From Octopus sinensis (Eukaryota): a DNA stretch of 64,000 bases. Numbering within the stretch: position 1 is the stretch's first letter; every line of letters starts with the position of its first letter. The notes beneath the pieces are model-generated. The model searched no databases. It was not told the origin of the DNA and saw only the letters and a list, made by a program, of their open reading frames with translations. Positions 12,821-26,372 of the stretch are shown in pieces. The stretch lies in assembly GCF_006345805.1 (NCBI RefSeq), contig NC_043001.1, forward strand, positions 43,028,001-43,092,000. Direction: 5' to 3'. A program made the position numbers and the translations under genes.

Positions 12821-13600
12821 CATTTTAACTATTACTGAATATTACATTATATAATTTGGAATGATTCAACATGAATCTAGAAAATTCTGTTTACGTGATG
12901 TTTTTAAACGTGTTTTTATTACTATGACATTTCAGTTGGAAAAAATTGACTTTGAACTCACTGCTATTCTTTAGTTTTAGAGAATAAAAAAAATATGGGA
13001 AGGAAAATTAAAAGAAACTATTACAGATTTCTTCATAAAACATATATCTTGACCATTGCTTTATCATTTTGATTTACAGTCCCAAAGTTATTGCTGCTAT
13101 CATTCTTCAAAATAATCATTTATCACTCGTATTTTTTCTCTTTATTTTTAATTATCTTTCTTGTTCTTTACTTTATCTTTAACGTAGTGGATTTTATTGA
13201 CTGGAACGTTCTGGTAATAAAACAATTGCTTGGCAGTTACAGCCATCACTACAACCACTGGATCAGCACTGGAGCTATCAAGACATCATACATTAGGCTA
13301 TGTGCATTGAAGTCAAAATAACCCATGGAAAACTGACAACCAGCACTAATTGTATAGGTGTGTCACTTGGGTTGAAACCTTCTGCAGAAAGTTCACCAGT
13401 GACTGAAAGAAGTTTCTAACATGTTGAACCCTCTTGGGACAGTGACAATGTTGTATCCATCTTCTTTCCTCAACTTCAGTTTATCACTCTCGTGTTAGCT
13501 ATACTCATCTTATTCTATAATCTGGTTCTATTGCAACTACATCAACTGTACGTCAGTACACAATTCTTGTTTATAATGAATCTAGACGTGCCTTTATGTT

Positions 13601-13651
<51 letters not shown>

Positions 13652-13793
13652 CATCATCATCATCACTTAACATCCATTTTCCATGCTATCATTAGTGGGA
13701 CTACTGTCATGGGTTAGGCATATATACATCCATGTATATATATATACACACGCATTTATGTATACATATAATTCACACATACATGCATATCGT

Positions 13794-14207
13794 TTTACTC
13801 TTTACTCTTTACTCTTTTACTTGTTTCAGTCATTTGACTGCGGCCATGCTGGAGCACCGCCTTTAGTCGAGCAAATCGACCCCAGAACTTATTCTTTGTA
13901 AGCCCAGTACTTATTCTATCGGTCTCTTTTGCCGAACCGCTAAGTGATGGGGATGTAAACACACCAGCATCGGTTGTCAAGCAATGCTAGGGGGAAAAAC
14001 ACAGACACACAAACATATACACATACATATATATACATATATACGACAGGCTTCTTTCAGTTTCCGTCTACCAAATCCACTCACAAGGCATTGGTCGGCC
14101 CGGGGCTATAGCAGAAGACACTTGCCCAAGATGCCACGCAGTGGGACTGAACCCGGAACCATGTGGTTGGTTAGCAAGCGACTTACCACACAGCCACTCC
14201 TGCGCCT
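13794..14207 (-). mobile_element. Full-length tRNA-derived SINE (family A), young copy in the NKY intron
   Basis: Same head and body as the 2711 copy, with an (AAGAGTA)n tail. Nearly identical to the copy at 30495-30936. Confidence 0.92.
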
Positions 14208-15280
14208 CGTTTCTTCACAAATTTTACCAATCAGTTGTTTCTTTTTAATTATGAAGTATTTCAATCATTTGATCAGGTTTATTTGTGTGTGTTTTTGTGC
14301 ATATTCAGTGAAGGGGGAGAGATAATTGGTAGTATAGAAGGATGGAGTGACCTGTATAAAATGTGAGTGAAGAGGGACAATGTAAAAATGATGAAGAGAA
14401 AGATAACTGGTTTCATAGAAAGATGATGAAATATGTTGTTCTACCCTCATTTGATCCCAGCAGCAGAATACTGCTGTTGGCAAATGTAGAGATCAGTGAT
14501 AGAGAATGAGGTGCTAAAGGAAAGATAAAATGAGAAAATTTGGTGAAGGCTCAATTGTGTATATAGACATTTTGCTTTCAGAACCTCAGTTTTTTTAGAT
14601 AGCTGTCTTCTCAAGTACCACATAACACCAGATATTTTTTAATTAAAAAAAAACAAAAAACATTAAAACCATATAATTCAAACTTATGAAATCTAGAGAG
14701 AGAGATGAATGTAGAGAATTCTCTGAAAATATGCAATTTTTTACATGCATGTTTCATTACTGAACTTTCTTTAGGTTGACTAATTTTTTTTTTAAGGTAT
14801 TTAATGAATTTTGTCATTAAAGTTGATTATAACTATTGAGTAATTTATAACTACTGCTTTATTTTGGCTGGGGGTGGAGCAATGTTAAAATAAAGTGTAT
14901 AGTAAAATATAAATAATGAAATAAATTTACGTTTATGATAACACAAGTATTAGTAATAATCTAAACCAATTAGTAAAATATTTATGAAATATTTCACTGT
15001 CTGAAGGTAGAATTAAATTCTATTCAATAAAATCATTGATTCCAACTGGTAGGACATCTGAAGAGTTTCAAAGCACATTTTATATTAAATAGAATAATGT
15101 TTATTCTGAAAACTGTATGACATATGCATAAGAATAATATCTATAACAAATACTTGAATTTAAACAGTGTTAATCATTAACTCAACAAGTGATCTTTCAT
15201 TTGCAGACTACAACTAAGCCAGTTAGCTTCATGCCAACATTGCTTATACATTTATATATTTGTATATTGATACATGTGTA

Positions 15281-15320
<40 letters not shown>

Positions 15321-15323
<3 letters not shown>

Positions 15324-16140
15324 TCATCATCATCATCCTCATTTAACGTCCGCTTTCCATGCTAGCATGGGTTGGACGGTTCAACTGGAGTCTGGGGAGC
15401 CCGAAGGCTGCACCAGGCCAGTCAGATCTGGCAGTGTTTCTACAGCTGGATGCCCTTCCTAACGCCAACCACTCCGAGAGTGTAGTGGGTGATTTTATGT
15501 GCCACCGACACAGGTGCCAGACGAGGCTGGCGAACGGCCACGCTCGGATGGTGTTTTTATGTGCCACCGACACAAGTGCCAAATGAGGCTGGCGAACGGC
15601 CACGATCGGATGGTGTTTGTTACGTGCCCGGATGGTGTTTGTTACGTGCCCACAGCACGGAGGCCAGTCGATGCGGTACTGGCTACGACCACGTTCGGAT
15701 GGTTTTCTTGTGTGCCACCGGCACTGGTACCACAAAGATACAAATTCCATTGATGTTCATCTATTTTGATTTGGTTTGATTTTCACTTGCCTCAACAGGT
15801 CTTCACAAGTGTCACATACTTGCCTCAACAGGTCTTCACAAGTGTCATAAGAAGGAAGGTATGCACAGGTAGACTGACTATGTCCCAGGTAGGGGCCACG
15901 GGTTATGGCCCTACTAGTCTTGCCGGGTCTTTGGATGGTGTTTTTATGTGCCACCAACACAGGTGCCAGATGAGGCTGGCGAACGGCCACGATCGGATGG
16001 TGTTTGTTACGTGCCCACAGCACGGAGGCCAGTCGATGTGGTACTGGCTACCGCCACGTTCGGATGGTTTTCTTGTGTGCCACCGGCATTGGTACCACAA
16101 AGATACAAATTCCATTGATGTTCATCTATTTTGATTTGTT
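15321..16140 (-). mobile_element. RTE 3' UTR fragment with internal tandem modules
   Basis: (CAT)n plus RTE tail, repeated ttttatgtgccacc..ggatgg modules, a duplicated block of about 200 bp (15570-15780 vs 15930-16140), and a 33-bp tandem duplication at 15785-15850. Confidence 0.85.
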
Positions 16141-17559
16141 TTGATTGGATTTGATTATGATTATGATTATGATTATTATTATTATTATTATTTATATATA
16201 TAATATTAATGTTTGTTGTTGTTTGAAGTTATGATAAAATAATTTTACATTAAACTGAAGGACCACTCAATACTTTTTGTAGAGTACAAATTTATTATTC
16301 TTCAACAAAAATAGTATTGACAGTGACTTTGAAGTTTTGACTAGTGAACTCCTGCCTCGGTCTCTTATTCTGTTGAATATTGCCTTAATACACAATGTAC
16401 TAGCCAATAAACAACCCTCCCCTCTCTTTTGGAGAGGACTTTTTGCTCATTCGTCTCAGGCTATGAAGACTGCCTGATAAATGTAGTGACTTTCTGCCCC
16501 ACGCACACAGAGCTATAGTGGGTAGGGTTAATCCAGCTAAGAATCTGAACAATCCAAACAAACCCAATAGTTTTTAGATCAATGTAACTTCACATCTCTA
16601 GTAAAGCTAATCTCTCTTAGAAACTAAGTAATCCAGACAACAGTTTGGGGAGAGATGTGGCTTTGCAGCCTTAGCAAATGCAATCCATCTAGGAAGTTAA
16701 GCAATCCTGGTAAATCTTCAGTTTACAAAACTAAATATTACTACCTGTGAAAAATCATTTTAGATTAATATTTGAATGTGGCTATAAATTCTGTTGGACA
16801 TTTGGAGTTCCTTATATGTATTTCTAACACTGTCTACTCTATGATCACTTCTTAATTCCTTTACTTAGGTGAGGAATAAGTAAGCTGATTGTGGATTTGA
16901 AATAAGGCATTGCAAATTAATCTGCCTTCTTGTGTACCTTCCTAATGACTGAATTGTACTTTTTTTCATGTTTAATCCTATTTATTGAATTCATTTTGCT
17001 ATGAGAGCCTTTTTTACTACATACAGATAGTAATTTTGACAAAAATCAAACACACCATTGCAAATATATAACAGATATTCAAATACTGTATGTTTTATTG
17101 AGGATGTGTATTTTGAGTATTTTCTGCCTAATAATTTTATGAATCACTGGCTGAAGGGTTTTTTTTCAAACAACTTGGTTTATAATCCATTTTTCTATGA
17201 TGGCAACAATAAAGCAATCTTTGTTGATTGGAATTTTGAATTAATTATTGTTACTGTGTGTTCTTTCATGAAATAATACAGCTGGAAGTAGCAAGCTTTG
17301 AAGTATCACTTAGTAGTTGAGAACTTCAAACTTGCAACCATCAAGCTTAGCTGTTACATGCAAATAAATTATGAGAAACAAAGCCAAGCATTTATAAATG
17401 AAGGAAATAGTTTGTAATCTTCATGCCCTTCTCAAGAGTACTAGGTAAATAATTGAATTGTTTACAACACTGAAAGTCAAAGCTATTTTTTGTTCTTATT
17501 TAGAAAGTTTATTTTGTTGAGTTACATGACACATTTTACTTCTTATTTCTTTACTGCCC

Positions 17560-17775
17560 ACAAGGGGCTACACATAGAGGGACAAACAAGGACAGACAAA
17601 CGGATTAAGTTGATTATATTGACCCAAGTGCGTAACTGGTACTTATTTAATCAACCCTGAAAGGATGAAAGGTAAAGTCGACCCCGGAGGAATTTGAACT
17701 CAGAACATAGCGACAGATGAAATACCGCTAAGCATTTTGCCTGGTGCACTAATGTTTCTGCCAATTTGCCACCTT
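17560..17775 (-). mobile_element. Second tRNA-derived SINE family (B) with conserved core gtcgactttgcctttcatcctttcggggtcgat..aagtaccag
   Basis: Head aaggtggcaaattggcagaaac, B-box-like gagttcaaattcc, and a core that resembles Deu/Nin-type SINE domains from memory. Other copies: 26810-27020 (+), 42650-42860 (-), 44560-44762 (-), 46476-46692 (+), 38380-38550 (-). Confidence 0.8.
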
Positions 17776-20247
17776 AACACATTTTACTTCTATTGTCCTT
17801 TTAGTATCGTAGCAGCTAGGAAATTCTGTCACTAAACTACAAAATTTTCTTTTGTCCAATAACATTTATGGAGGTTTTGCAGGAATACATAGAGTTTGTT
17901 TACCAGAAATGTTATGCAAGCAATTTTGGGGGCCCTGCAACAATGCAAATGAGAAACTACTTTTTTTAATTTGTAGCGGCTTATATTTTTATTTCTGTTT
18001 ATAATTTTGTCCATGAAGTTAATGTTTTCAACCAGCTAACCCACTGATCACTACAAGCCAACAATGTAAATTTTATGTAGCTATTCACTTGCAAGAAATA
18101 AAAGCAAAAGTTTCCTACAAGTTACTCTTTCCTACCTTAAAGTGAAAAAGAAAACATTGGATAAATGTAGTCCTAGATATTTTTGATCTGAAAATACAAA
18201 GACATGATGTTCATAGCTGGAGTGTCTTTGATCAGAACTGAAAAGAAAAAAAAAAGGCTCAAAAGACCTTCAGATTCTGTGGTGCATGCACTCCCCTTCT
18301 GAATGGGATGCTGGTCCATCACATGATTATTCATTTTTGCCAACTGGGTGGACTGGAGTTATGTGAAATGAAGTGTTTTACTTAAGAACATAATGCATCA
18401 CCCAATACAGGAATTGAAACCACAATCAACACCCTAACCACTAAGCCATGTGCATCCAGGATTAATTTATGGTTAAATAATCACTACTATTGTCTGAAAA
18501 TAAATTGTTACATCTTCAGTAAAACCTATGGTATATGAATGCATTTTTTTTATATATTTGTTTTTTTTTTTTGTGTGTGACGGAGTTTGGATTGTATTTG
18601 TTTGCAGCTGAAAAGGTTCTAAAACTCAGAAACTGACTTGAAGGAGCCAGAGATATGCAACTTTTATGACAACTATTACACAACTTTCTTCTCAAAATGC
18701 AGTGATTTATAGATCATCAATAGATGTAGTTTACATGATTGACAAACATGTTCTTTCAGATGGTGGTGATCAATTATTAGATTGCTTTGTTTCATATATG
18801 CACACAAAATGTGTGTGTGTGTGCTAGTGTGCATGTGTATGCACACATATACACAAGCAAATATATGTATATATATTGTTGTGAAATTGTCTAGTGAAGT
18901 ATTGGATACAAGCATAGAGTGCAATAATTTAGCTGGTGTGTTGTACTTGGCAACCTTAAATAAACTACACTCACCTGTATATCTATCTATCTAAATTTTC
19001 CATCTATTTATCTATCTATCTACACACACACACACACATTATTCTCATCATCTTAATTTTATGCCTACTCTGGGTTGGACATGTGTGTGAGAGAGAGAGA
19101 CTATAGTAGAACACAGTCAACATGAAGTCATGTTAAAAATACAATAAATATAGTCCATGTGTTTCCAAGAATGAGGGTGGGGTTTCAGTTAGCAATATAA
19201 ATTAAATTATATTTCCATCTGTAACTTGAAAACTAATTAAAATTTTTAAATAAATTCACTATAAGTGAATTTTTAGACAGAAAGAATTTATAGAAATGTC
19301 AATCATTTCAATTTAAGCATATTTCACAATTATCACGGAATGTCGTATGATTAATTAACAATGTTGTCAATACCTAATGGTGAATTAAGTGATAATGTCT
19401 GATGATTAAACTAAAGTACTTAACCAATTAATTAATACTCTGGTTTTCATTATCTATTCATTAATTGTATATTGATGTTTCCTCCTAGTCAGCTGTGATT
19501 TATGCCTCTCCATAACAACCAAACCTGAGCTCTCTTCTATCTAGTCTTTAAAATTCTTGCCCATATTTTTGGAGTGTTTACTTTTGATGTACTTTCTATT
19601 GTGTATTATATTCTGAGTTAAGATTAATATTTTTTGATCTGCTGTAATGAAGAGCAGTGAGCTGGCAGAAACAGCTGAACAATAGACATATACATTACAG
19701 TGTTTTATTTAATTTTCATTTGTTTTAGTTCATGTGTTGATTATTAAAGTGGCTAAAATAATTACCAGTGATATATATTGTTGTTTACTCTGTTGTGATC
19801 AGTCAAAAACTATTTAAGGAGGTAATTTAAAAGTAATTAGATAAATTACTTTATTGCTTAAAATGGTAATTATTTTTGTAATGGTCCATTTCTGAAACAA
19901 ATTATCCTAATTTTCAAGACATTTGAAATTTATTGGTTATACAATATATGAAAGGTCACTAGGTAGATGCTATTACTCAATATGCAACAGGATTTATTTT
20001 TTAATTGTTATTCAAGTTGCATTTAATGTAAATATCTTAATGTGCATGGGTTTGTATGATGTTATATGTTTGAAGTAGGGTATCAATGGATGCTGTAAGT
20101 TTTGTACATTTCCATGTTATCATAACCTTTATATTAAAAGAAACAGAGTGATGTTAAGTTGAAGACTTGCTGCAAAACTTCCATATTGAAATCTTACAAG
20201 TTAAATCTTTCCCCTCATCTTTCTAGAAACAATATTATGTGTACAAA

Positions 20248-20283
<36 letters not shown>

Positions 20284-20489
20284 GTTGGGGATAAATTTAG
20301 GATAAGAGTTGCTTTTGGCAAAGTTTATGTCAGTTACCAGCTTAAGGATCAGTTGTCCAGGTCTTAGAACTGCCTCAGTGACTTAATGAGTTATAAGCCA
20401 CCCATCCAATACCAAGTGCCAAGTTTCAATTTTCTTTTTGGCTTTTTAACTTTTTTTTAATTGTAAGGAAGTTTTTAAATTTTGAACCA

Positions 20490-20534
<45 letters not shown>

Positions 20535-21019
20535 CCTAAGGTAAAAATGAAAGCAGCATATAATTGAATATTTGCGATCTCATAAATTATTAATTTACTA
20601 AATGTATATCAGAAAAACATGTATCTTTTATTTTATTCATGTAAATATATTTTTTCATATCTCATTAAAAAGTTATTTAATACTATTTATACATTATTGA
20701 ATTAGGAAAATTTAATAAACTTACTGTATTAAAATTTGATGTAGCAAAAATAATAAAATGTGTTTAGATATTTTTCCTGCAATTGCTAGACTGCAAAATG
20801 AAATTAGTCACCTAAATAACCTAAAACTTCCATCTATTCAACTTTCTGAACTCTTTATTTTTTTACTCTTATTTTCTTCAAACTATCCTGCTATTTATAT
20901 ATCTGAGATAAATGTTGTTAAGTCACAGGCTAGAAAACTAGATGTTAGTTATAAATTGTGAAAGCAATGTTTTTGTTGTAACTCAAGTTGAATTCAATAA
21001 TAAATAAAAGTTAACTTAC

Positions 21020-21142
21020 TGATTGGAGGCGAAGTGATGCTAAGATCAAACTGCAGAAATTTGTTACTTTTTTCTTTCTATGCCTGTTACAATGTTGCAG
21101 CAATTTTCCCCTTTTCTACTAGATTGTGTGGGAGCTTTTAAT
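21020..21142 (-). other. Probable non-coding exon 1 (5' UTR) of the NKY gene; intron 21019-12772
   Basis: ATG-free stretch starting at an Inr-like TCATT (A at 21142) and ending at a consensus donor CA|GTAAGT (intron starts 21019). Same strand as and upstream of the NKY coding exon, which begins with an acceptor and needs an upstream exon. Confidence 0.55.
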
Positions 21143-21228
21143 GAAGGTTCCAACATAGCTGATATTTATACACATCTGTATCAGCATACGCCTTCACTAT
21201 GGATTACTTCTTCTATTACAGCCGCCCC
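21142..21228 (-). promoter_or_regulatory. Candidate NKY core promoter: GC box, TATA box, initiator
   Basis: Minus strand reads GGGGCGG (21228-21222), TATAAAT (21170-21164) and TCATT with A at 21142, 28 nt from the TATA start. Confidence 0.5.
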
Positions 21229-24200
21229 CTCTATTGCCTGGCTATAACTCTTGCAGACATGTGGAAATATATTTTATTTTCTGTTCATTTGTCCCCACCT
21301 CTTGTGACTACTTCTACAATGACAAATAAGTTAATTTCTTTTGAGCAATATCCATAGAATCTACAACAGCAGCAGTAACAGCAACAATTTCCAAGCTAGC
21401 CTTACCACAATGATTGAAACAGTGCCAATCATATAATTCCCTCCTCTATACCTTCTGTCCCTCCTCTTTCTTTGGATGAAGCATCAATTGCTCTTCTTTT
21501 TCTCCTCCTGCACATTTATCTGTGATTTTTAATCTTCCTCCATCTTTCTCTCACTTCCCAAACACTTCCCACTTCTTACAATCCATTTTCTTCTTCATAT
21601 TTCTTCCACCTCTGTAATTGTATACTCTTACTCTAATTATTGTAGTTATCTATTTTGTTGTTTATTACCTCGACAACTTATAATATTTGCAAAAGTTGAC
21701 CAGAATCATTATGATAAGAAAACATGCATGTATTATTTTTATTTGTGTTAACTATATGTTTGCCTAATGCATACAATATGTTTACATGTTTACATTAAGC
21801 ATTTTTCCCATACAACTTTAAACATGCTTAACCAAATAAACACACACACACACACTAAATAATTGCTGATGCACACTTATATAATACTATATTATCATCT
21901 GCATATGCATGTACACAGTGAAACACGTACACATATCCACATATGAATTTTGAATTTTCATTTTTCCACATATATGTATAAGTATATCCTCATGGATAAA
22001 AACATTAAGTCCTAACATTAATTTAAAATAAGTATTTTGTATGTTTAATAATATTTATTGATTCATATGGAAAATTCTTGGTTTTTGTATATATATATAT
22101 ATATATATATATATGGACACATACATACACACACACATATATACATATATATATGTATGTATATATATATATGTTTACATACATACATACACACCCACAC
22201 ATGTACATGATCTCCTTATTAGAAACTTGCAATGTCTTTTTTTGATTTCATAGCATTAGATTAATCAAAAGACTATTTCTTCTCTTATCAATAAAATACT
22301 TGACCAAATTTTATATAAATAAATATATTGTATTTTATTAAAGACAGATTGGCAACATTGTGTTAATCATAGAAATATCCTATGTTCATATATTTTCTCT
22401 CAAAATACTTTTCTAAATTTCCTGGGTTGATGAAATTGTACTACTAATGTATTGTGACTAATAAACTCATAGAATAAGATTGAATCTTCCCCCCTCACTG
22501 TTGGATGAAAATGAAACTTAAACAGTCAACATCTATAGATTGTCAATAAACACTATTATAGGTGAAGTGAGTGTTAGTAAATAAGTGAGCAAAGAAATTT
22601 TAATTAATTTATATTATATAGCCTTTATGATGAAAACAATCATTTCTGATATGAAAAAAAAAGCTGTGAGGGGTAATTCCAAAACTTTAATTAGTTAATA
22701 TTAATTAAATATGGACTGCAGTGCTAAGTGAACCTAATCTTTAATAGTACGGTAACTAGTCTGGATGATTAGCAGTATATCAATATTCCTCAAAATACTG
22801 TTGTTTTAGGATTTAGAGTTTTCTAGAAATCACTTGTCTTTTAAATTTCTGTTTTAAAATCAAGCAGTATTGCAACAGTGTATTCCTAGCATACTATTTA
22901 TGGTTCCTACTATATTATTTATGGTATTTAAAAAATTAACTATTTAATTTTATCATTCTCAAAGTATAAGTATATATGATGTTTTTCCACTCACACTGAG
23001 AAGTGCCATAGCCTGGGTTAAAAAGGTGCTGGGTAAAAGGACGATAAATATCTTATTGTTTGAGATGAGTTGTTATTAAGATTGCAATTTTCTGGTCTAT
23101 CATCATCTTTTGAGTGCATGCTTTCTGTATTTACTGTGTTTTTTATGGGTTTAATCCAGGAACAGACACAGGATTATGATTATGGATATATAGATATTGT
23201 AAATATGCATAACAAGCACAGATGTGGCTGTATGGATAAGAAGTTCACTTCCCACCTATGTGGTTTTAGGTTCAGTCTGATTGCACAATGCCTTATCCAA
23301 GTCTCTTCTACAATAGCCTCACACTGATCATTGCCATGTGAGTGGATCTGGAAGACAGAAACTGAAAGAAGCCTGCCATGTGTGTGTGCGTGTGTCATCA
23401 TCTTACAAGCAGTGTCATTCATTTCCAGTTTTTCTATGAAAGCATGTCCAGCCATGGGGAAATATTACATTGCTTGAAGACAGGTGAGAGTTGGCAACAG
23501 AGAGAGCATTCAGATGTAGAAAATCTGCTACAATGAATTCCATGCAACCCATGTAAGCATAGAGAAGTGAGCATTAAAACACGGATGATGTACTTTAATA
23601 GTCCAAAAATTATTACCACATCTAAGGATTTTTGACAAATTTGTAGTGTTCTAACACCAGTACTGTGCTCTATATAATACAATTCACCGAGATGTAAACA
23701 GCTGTTTTTATGACATGCATTACATCTCTATAAAGCAGAAGGACTGTATAAATCGAATGATGCTTTTGTTTAGCTTAATATTGATCTCAGTCCATCCATG
23801 TTTTGTTTTTAGTTTCAATAGTGAATAAACCACCCTGTGATATCTATAATAGTCCAAATTAGATTTTGGGGTATTTTATCCATTAACCACTTTTTACCCC
23901 ATTATTATTTATTCTAGCCTATCTTTAAAACCATTTAATTACAAATCATATGGCAAAAATTTCTATAGAATTTTTTAGGGAAAACAATGAAACTGTGAAA
24001 ACAGACAGTTCCTGGTGAAGCACTTTTATTTACAACTAGCAGTAGTACCCATCATTGATTGGGTAATTATTTTTACTTTTACTAGGAGGCCACATTCAAA
24101 GTGTCATTATATATAGAGATTTACTTCTCCTGTATGTGTGTATTTTATAAGAAAAAAATCATATAATAATTGAAGTAGAAAAAAGATTAATTTCATACAC

Positions 24201-24720
24201 TAACTTCTGTTTGTTTATGATATGACAATAATAAGTGAGCTGTATGTGTTATTTTATATATCAATACAGTAATGGCAATTATATAATACACAAGGCTTTA
24301 GTCAGCACAGAGCTGTAATGAAAGAGAATTGCCCAATGTGCCACACAGTGAAACTAAACCCAAGATGACATGGTTGGAAAACAAGCTTCTCAACCACACA
24401 GCCATGCCTATAAAGGAGAGATACGTTTTGGATAATATACTCCTTGATACAGTATGCTTAATAAAAAGATGGGATGTTTACAGCGAGAAGACCTTTGATT
24501 TTAATATTTACCTGAGCAATGCAACGACTCACAATGTTACACCAAACAGGGATTTCCAGAATTAACTATCTGTTTCAATGAAATTGAGAAAATTTTTTAA
24601 AAATTGACAGAATTTTATGTTTATTACCAAAACAAATAGATTTATAAATCTTACGTTAAATTTTACAGAGATTTTCTAGCATAGCAAGTGATCTGATCTG
24701 AGATCATGTACTGAAACAAA

Positions 24721-25023
24721 AACAATTGCAGCATTGAAGGTGTTTATAAGGCATTAAAAAAAAAACACACATGCACAAAAACTGTTAGATTCACTTCAAC
24801 ATTTAAATTTAATTTGTCAAAATATTTTCATTGCTTTGAGACTTTAACCAGTTTACTGATAAAATTTGTGCTGCATTTTGGAATTTGGTCAGTGCACAGG
24901 TCACAGTCTCAAAGTGAGGAAAATATTTCGACAAATTAAATTTAAATGTTGAAGTGAATCTAACAGTTTGTGTGTGTGTGTGTTTTTAATGGCTTATAAA
25001 CACCTTCCATGCTGCAATTGTTG
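24721..25023. repeat. Fold-back/MITE-like palindrome with arms of about 120 bp (24721-24843 vs 24905-25023)
   Basis: aacaattgcagcattgaaggtgtttataag..gattcacttcaacatttaaatttaatttgtc..ctttgagact is mirrored in the right arm, with a spacer of about 60 bp. Confidence 0.85.
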
Positions 25024-25329
25024 TTCTTACATTAAATCTTTTTATAGAAAATTTTCAACATGTATGTCCCTATAACTTTTACTTAATAATACTTTTATTT
25101 TGTAATTTCTTTGAATGAGTTCAGCTTCATAGAACAACAGTCTAACCAAAATTTGTTTCAGAGATATTCTTTGTCCCTTTCATATCTACTAGTACCAAGT
25201 AATCTGACATATAAAGCATCTCAAACAAAGTATAGTTAATAATACCAAGAGTAAAGTACATAATTTCCTATGGAAACCTGTGCTTCTACTGCATTCATTA
25301 GAAGGCCCTCTTCCTTGAGAAATTTAGCA

Positions 25330-26220
25330 TAAACACTGTCAGTACACTTGATATCAGCAGAGTATTTGATCATGCTTAGAATGCATATTTCTTATCCATC
25401 CATCTCTTGTTCCTTAGTTCAGAAGCTTCCTGGCAGATTGGAAACTCTCATTGTGTAGAGATTTTTCTGACCACTCTATCAACTCTAGTGTGGCCCAAGG
25501 ATCAGTTTTATTCTCACACTCTTTTTCTTGTACATCAATAATTTACTTGCCATCACCTCTAAAGACACCCACTCCTATGCAGATGATACCAACTTTCATT
25601 ACTCCATAAGCCTCCACACATAAGCATTATCCACATGCAACCAAAGCACCTCATGTGGATAATGCACTGCCTCTATGAACAGAGACCTCGAAACTATTTT
25701 CCAATCAGATTGTTTGAACCTTATCATCTTCAACAGCATAATGATACAATCATTGCAATAGTAAGGAAACACTCTTGTACCCCTAGTCAGGGACATTACA
25801 AAATTAAAACCGCCAAAATCTTTAGAAATTCTAAATCTTATAACCAATTCATCATTTATCCTGGCAATCTCATATCCTGAGTATAACAAAAACTGAATTC
25901 CACTTGAGAGCCAGAAAATACTTCAGCTTCTAACCTACTGTTCCTGCATCTGGGATTGTACTGTTGCTACACACATAGATTACATCTAGAAAAAGCACTT
26001 TTTTGATTGGTATGAAGTTGTTCACTAACAAACTGTTACCTCTTCTACACAGATTTGCTGTCTCCTCACTCTTGCTTTCTTTATCACAGTTATAGTGATA
26101 TTTCCTCCTCCATAGTTTGATGGTCTCAAACCACTTCCATTCAAACCTACTCAACTTGTCTTTCTTATCATTAAAAATGCATCTGCATTGTTAGGGTCTG
26201 AACAAACCATTATTCCCAGT
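25330..26220 (+). mobile_element. Decayed L2/CR1-type LINE reverse transcriptase
   Basis: LDISRVFD, VAQGSVL, YINNLLAITSKDTHSYADDT motifs; degenerate downstream. Confidence 0.8.
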
Positions 26221-26327
26221 CCTTTCTGCCCAGAATGTTAGCTCCTCAGATGTCCCTTCCTGCTCATGTTTTTTTCTATAGTGATTGGTTCCAAATGAGT
26301 GTTACTGAATATCTTTTAAGAGCTTAC

Positions 26328-26372
26328 CTGCCTTACAAAAGCCGTGGGTACAGTCTCTTTCTCTACACCAAA
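26328..26372 (-). CDS. Orphan 45-nt phase 1-1 exon candidate, Cys-rich (xWCRERDCTHGFCKA)
   Basis: Acceptor atctttctaatag| with CTAAT upstream, and consensus donor CAG|GTAAGC. The C-x4-C-x-H-G-x-C spacing resembles the first half of an EGF-like module. The alternative frame FGVEKETVPTAFVRQ is also open. Confidence 0.3.

Noticed and set aside
19190-19480. Cluster of TAAT/ATTA motifs in the NKY intron
   Set aside because: Such motifs are expected at this density in roughly 70% AT DNA; it cannot be called an enhancer without conservation data.
21123-21246. Plus-strand frame CVGAFNEGSNIADIYTHLYQHTPSLW after a tag acceptor
   Set aside because: It is better explained as the antisense of the NKY promoter and first exon.
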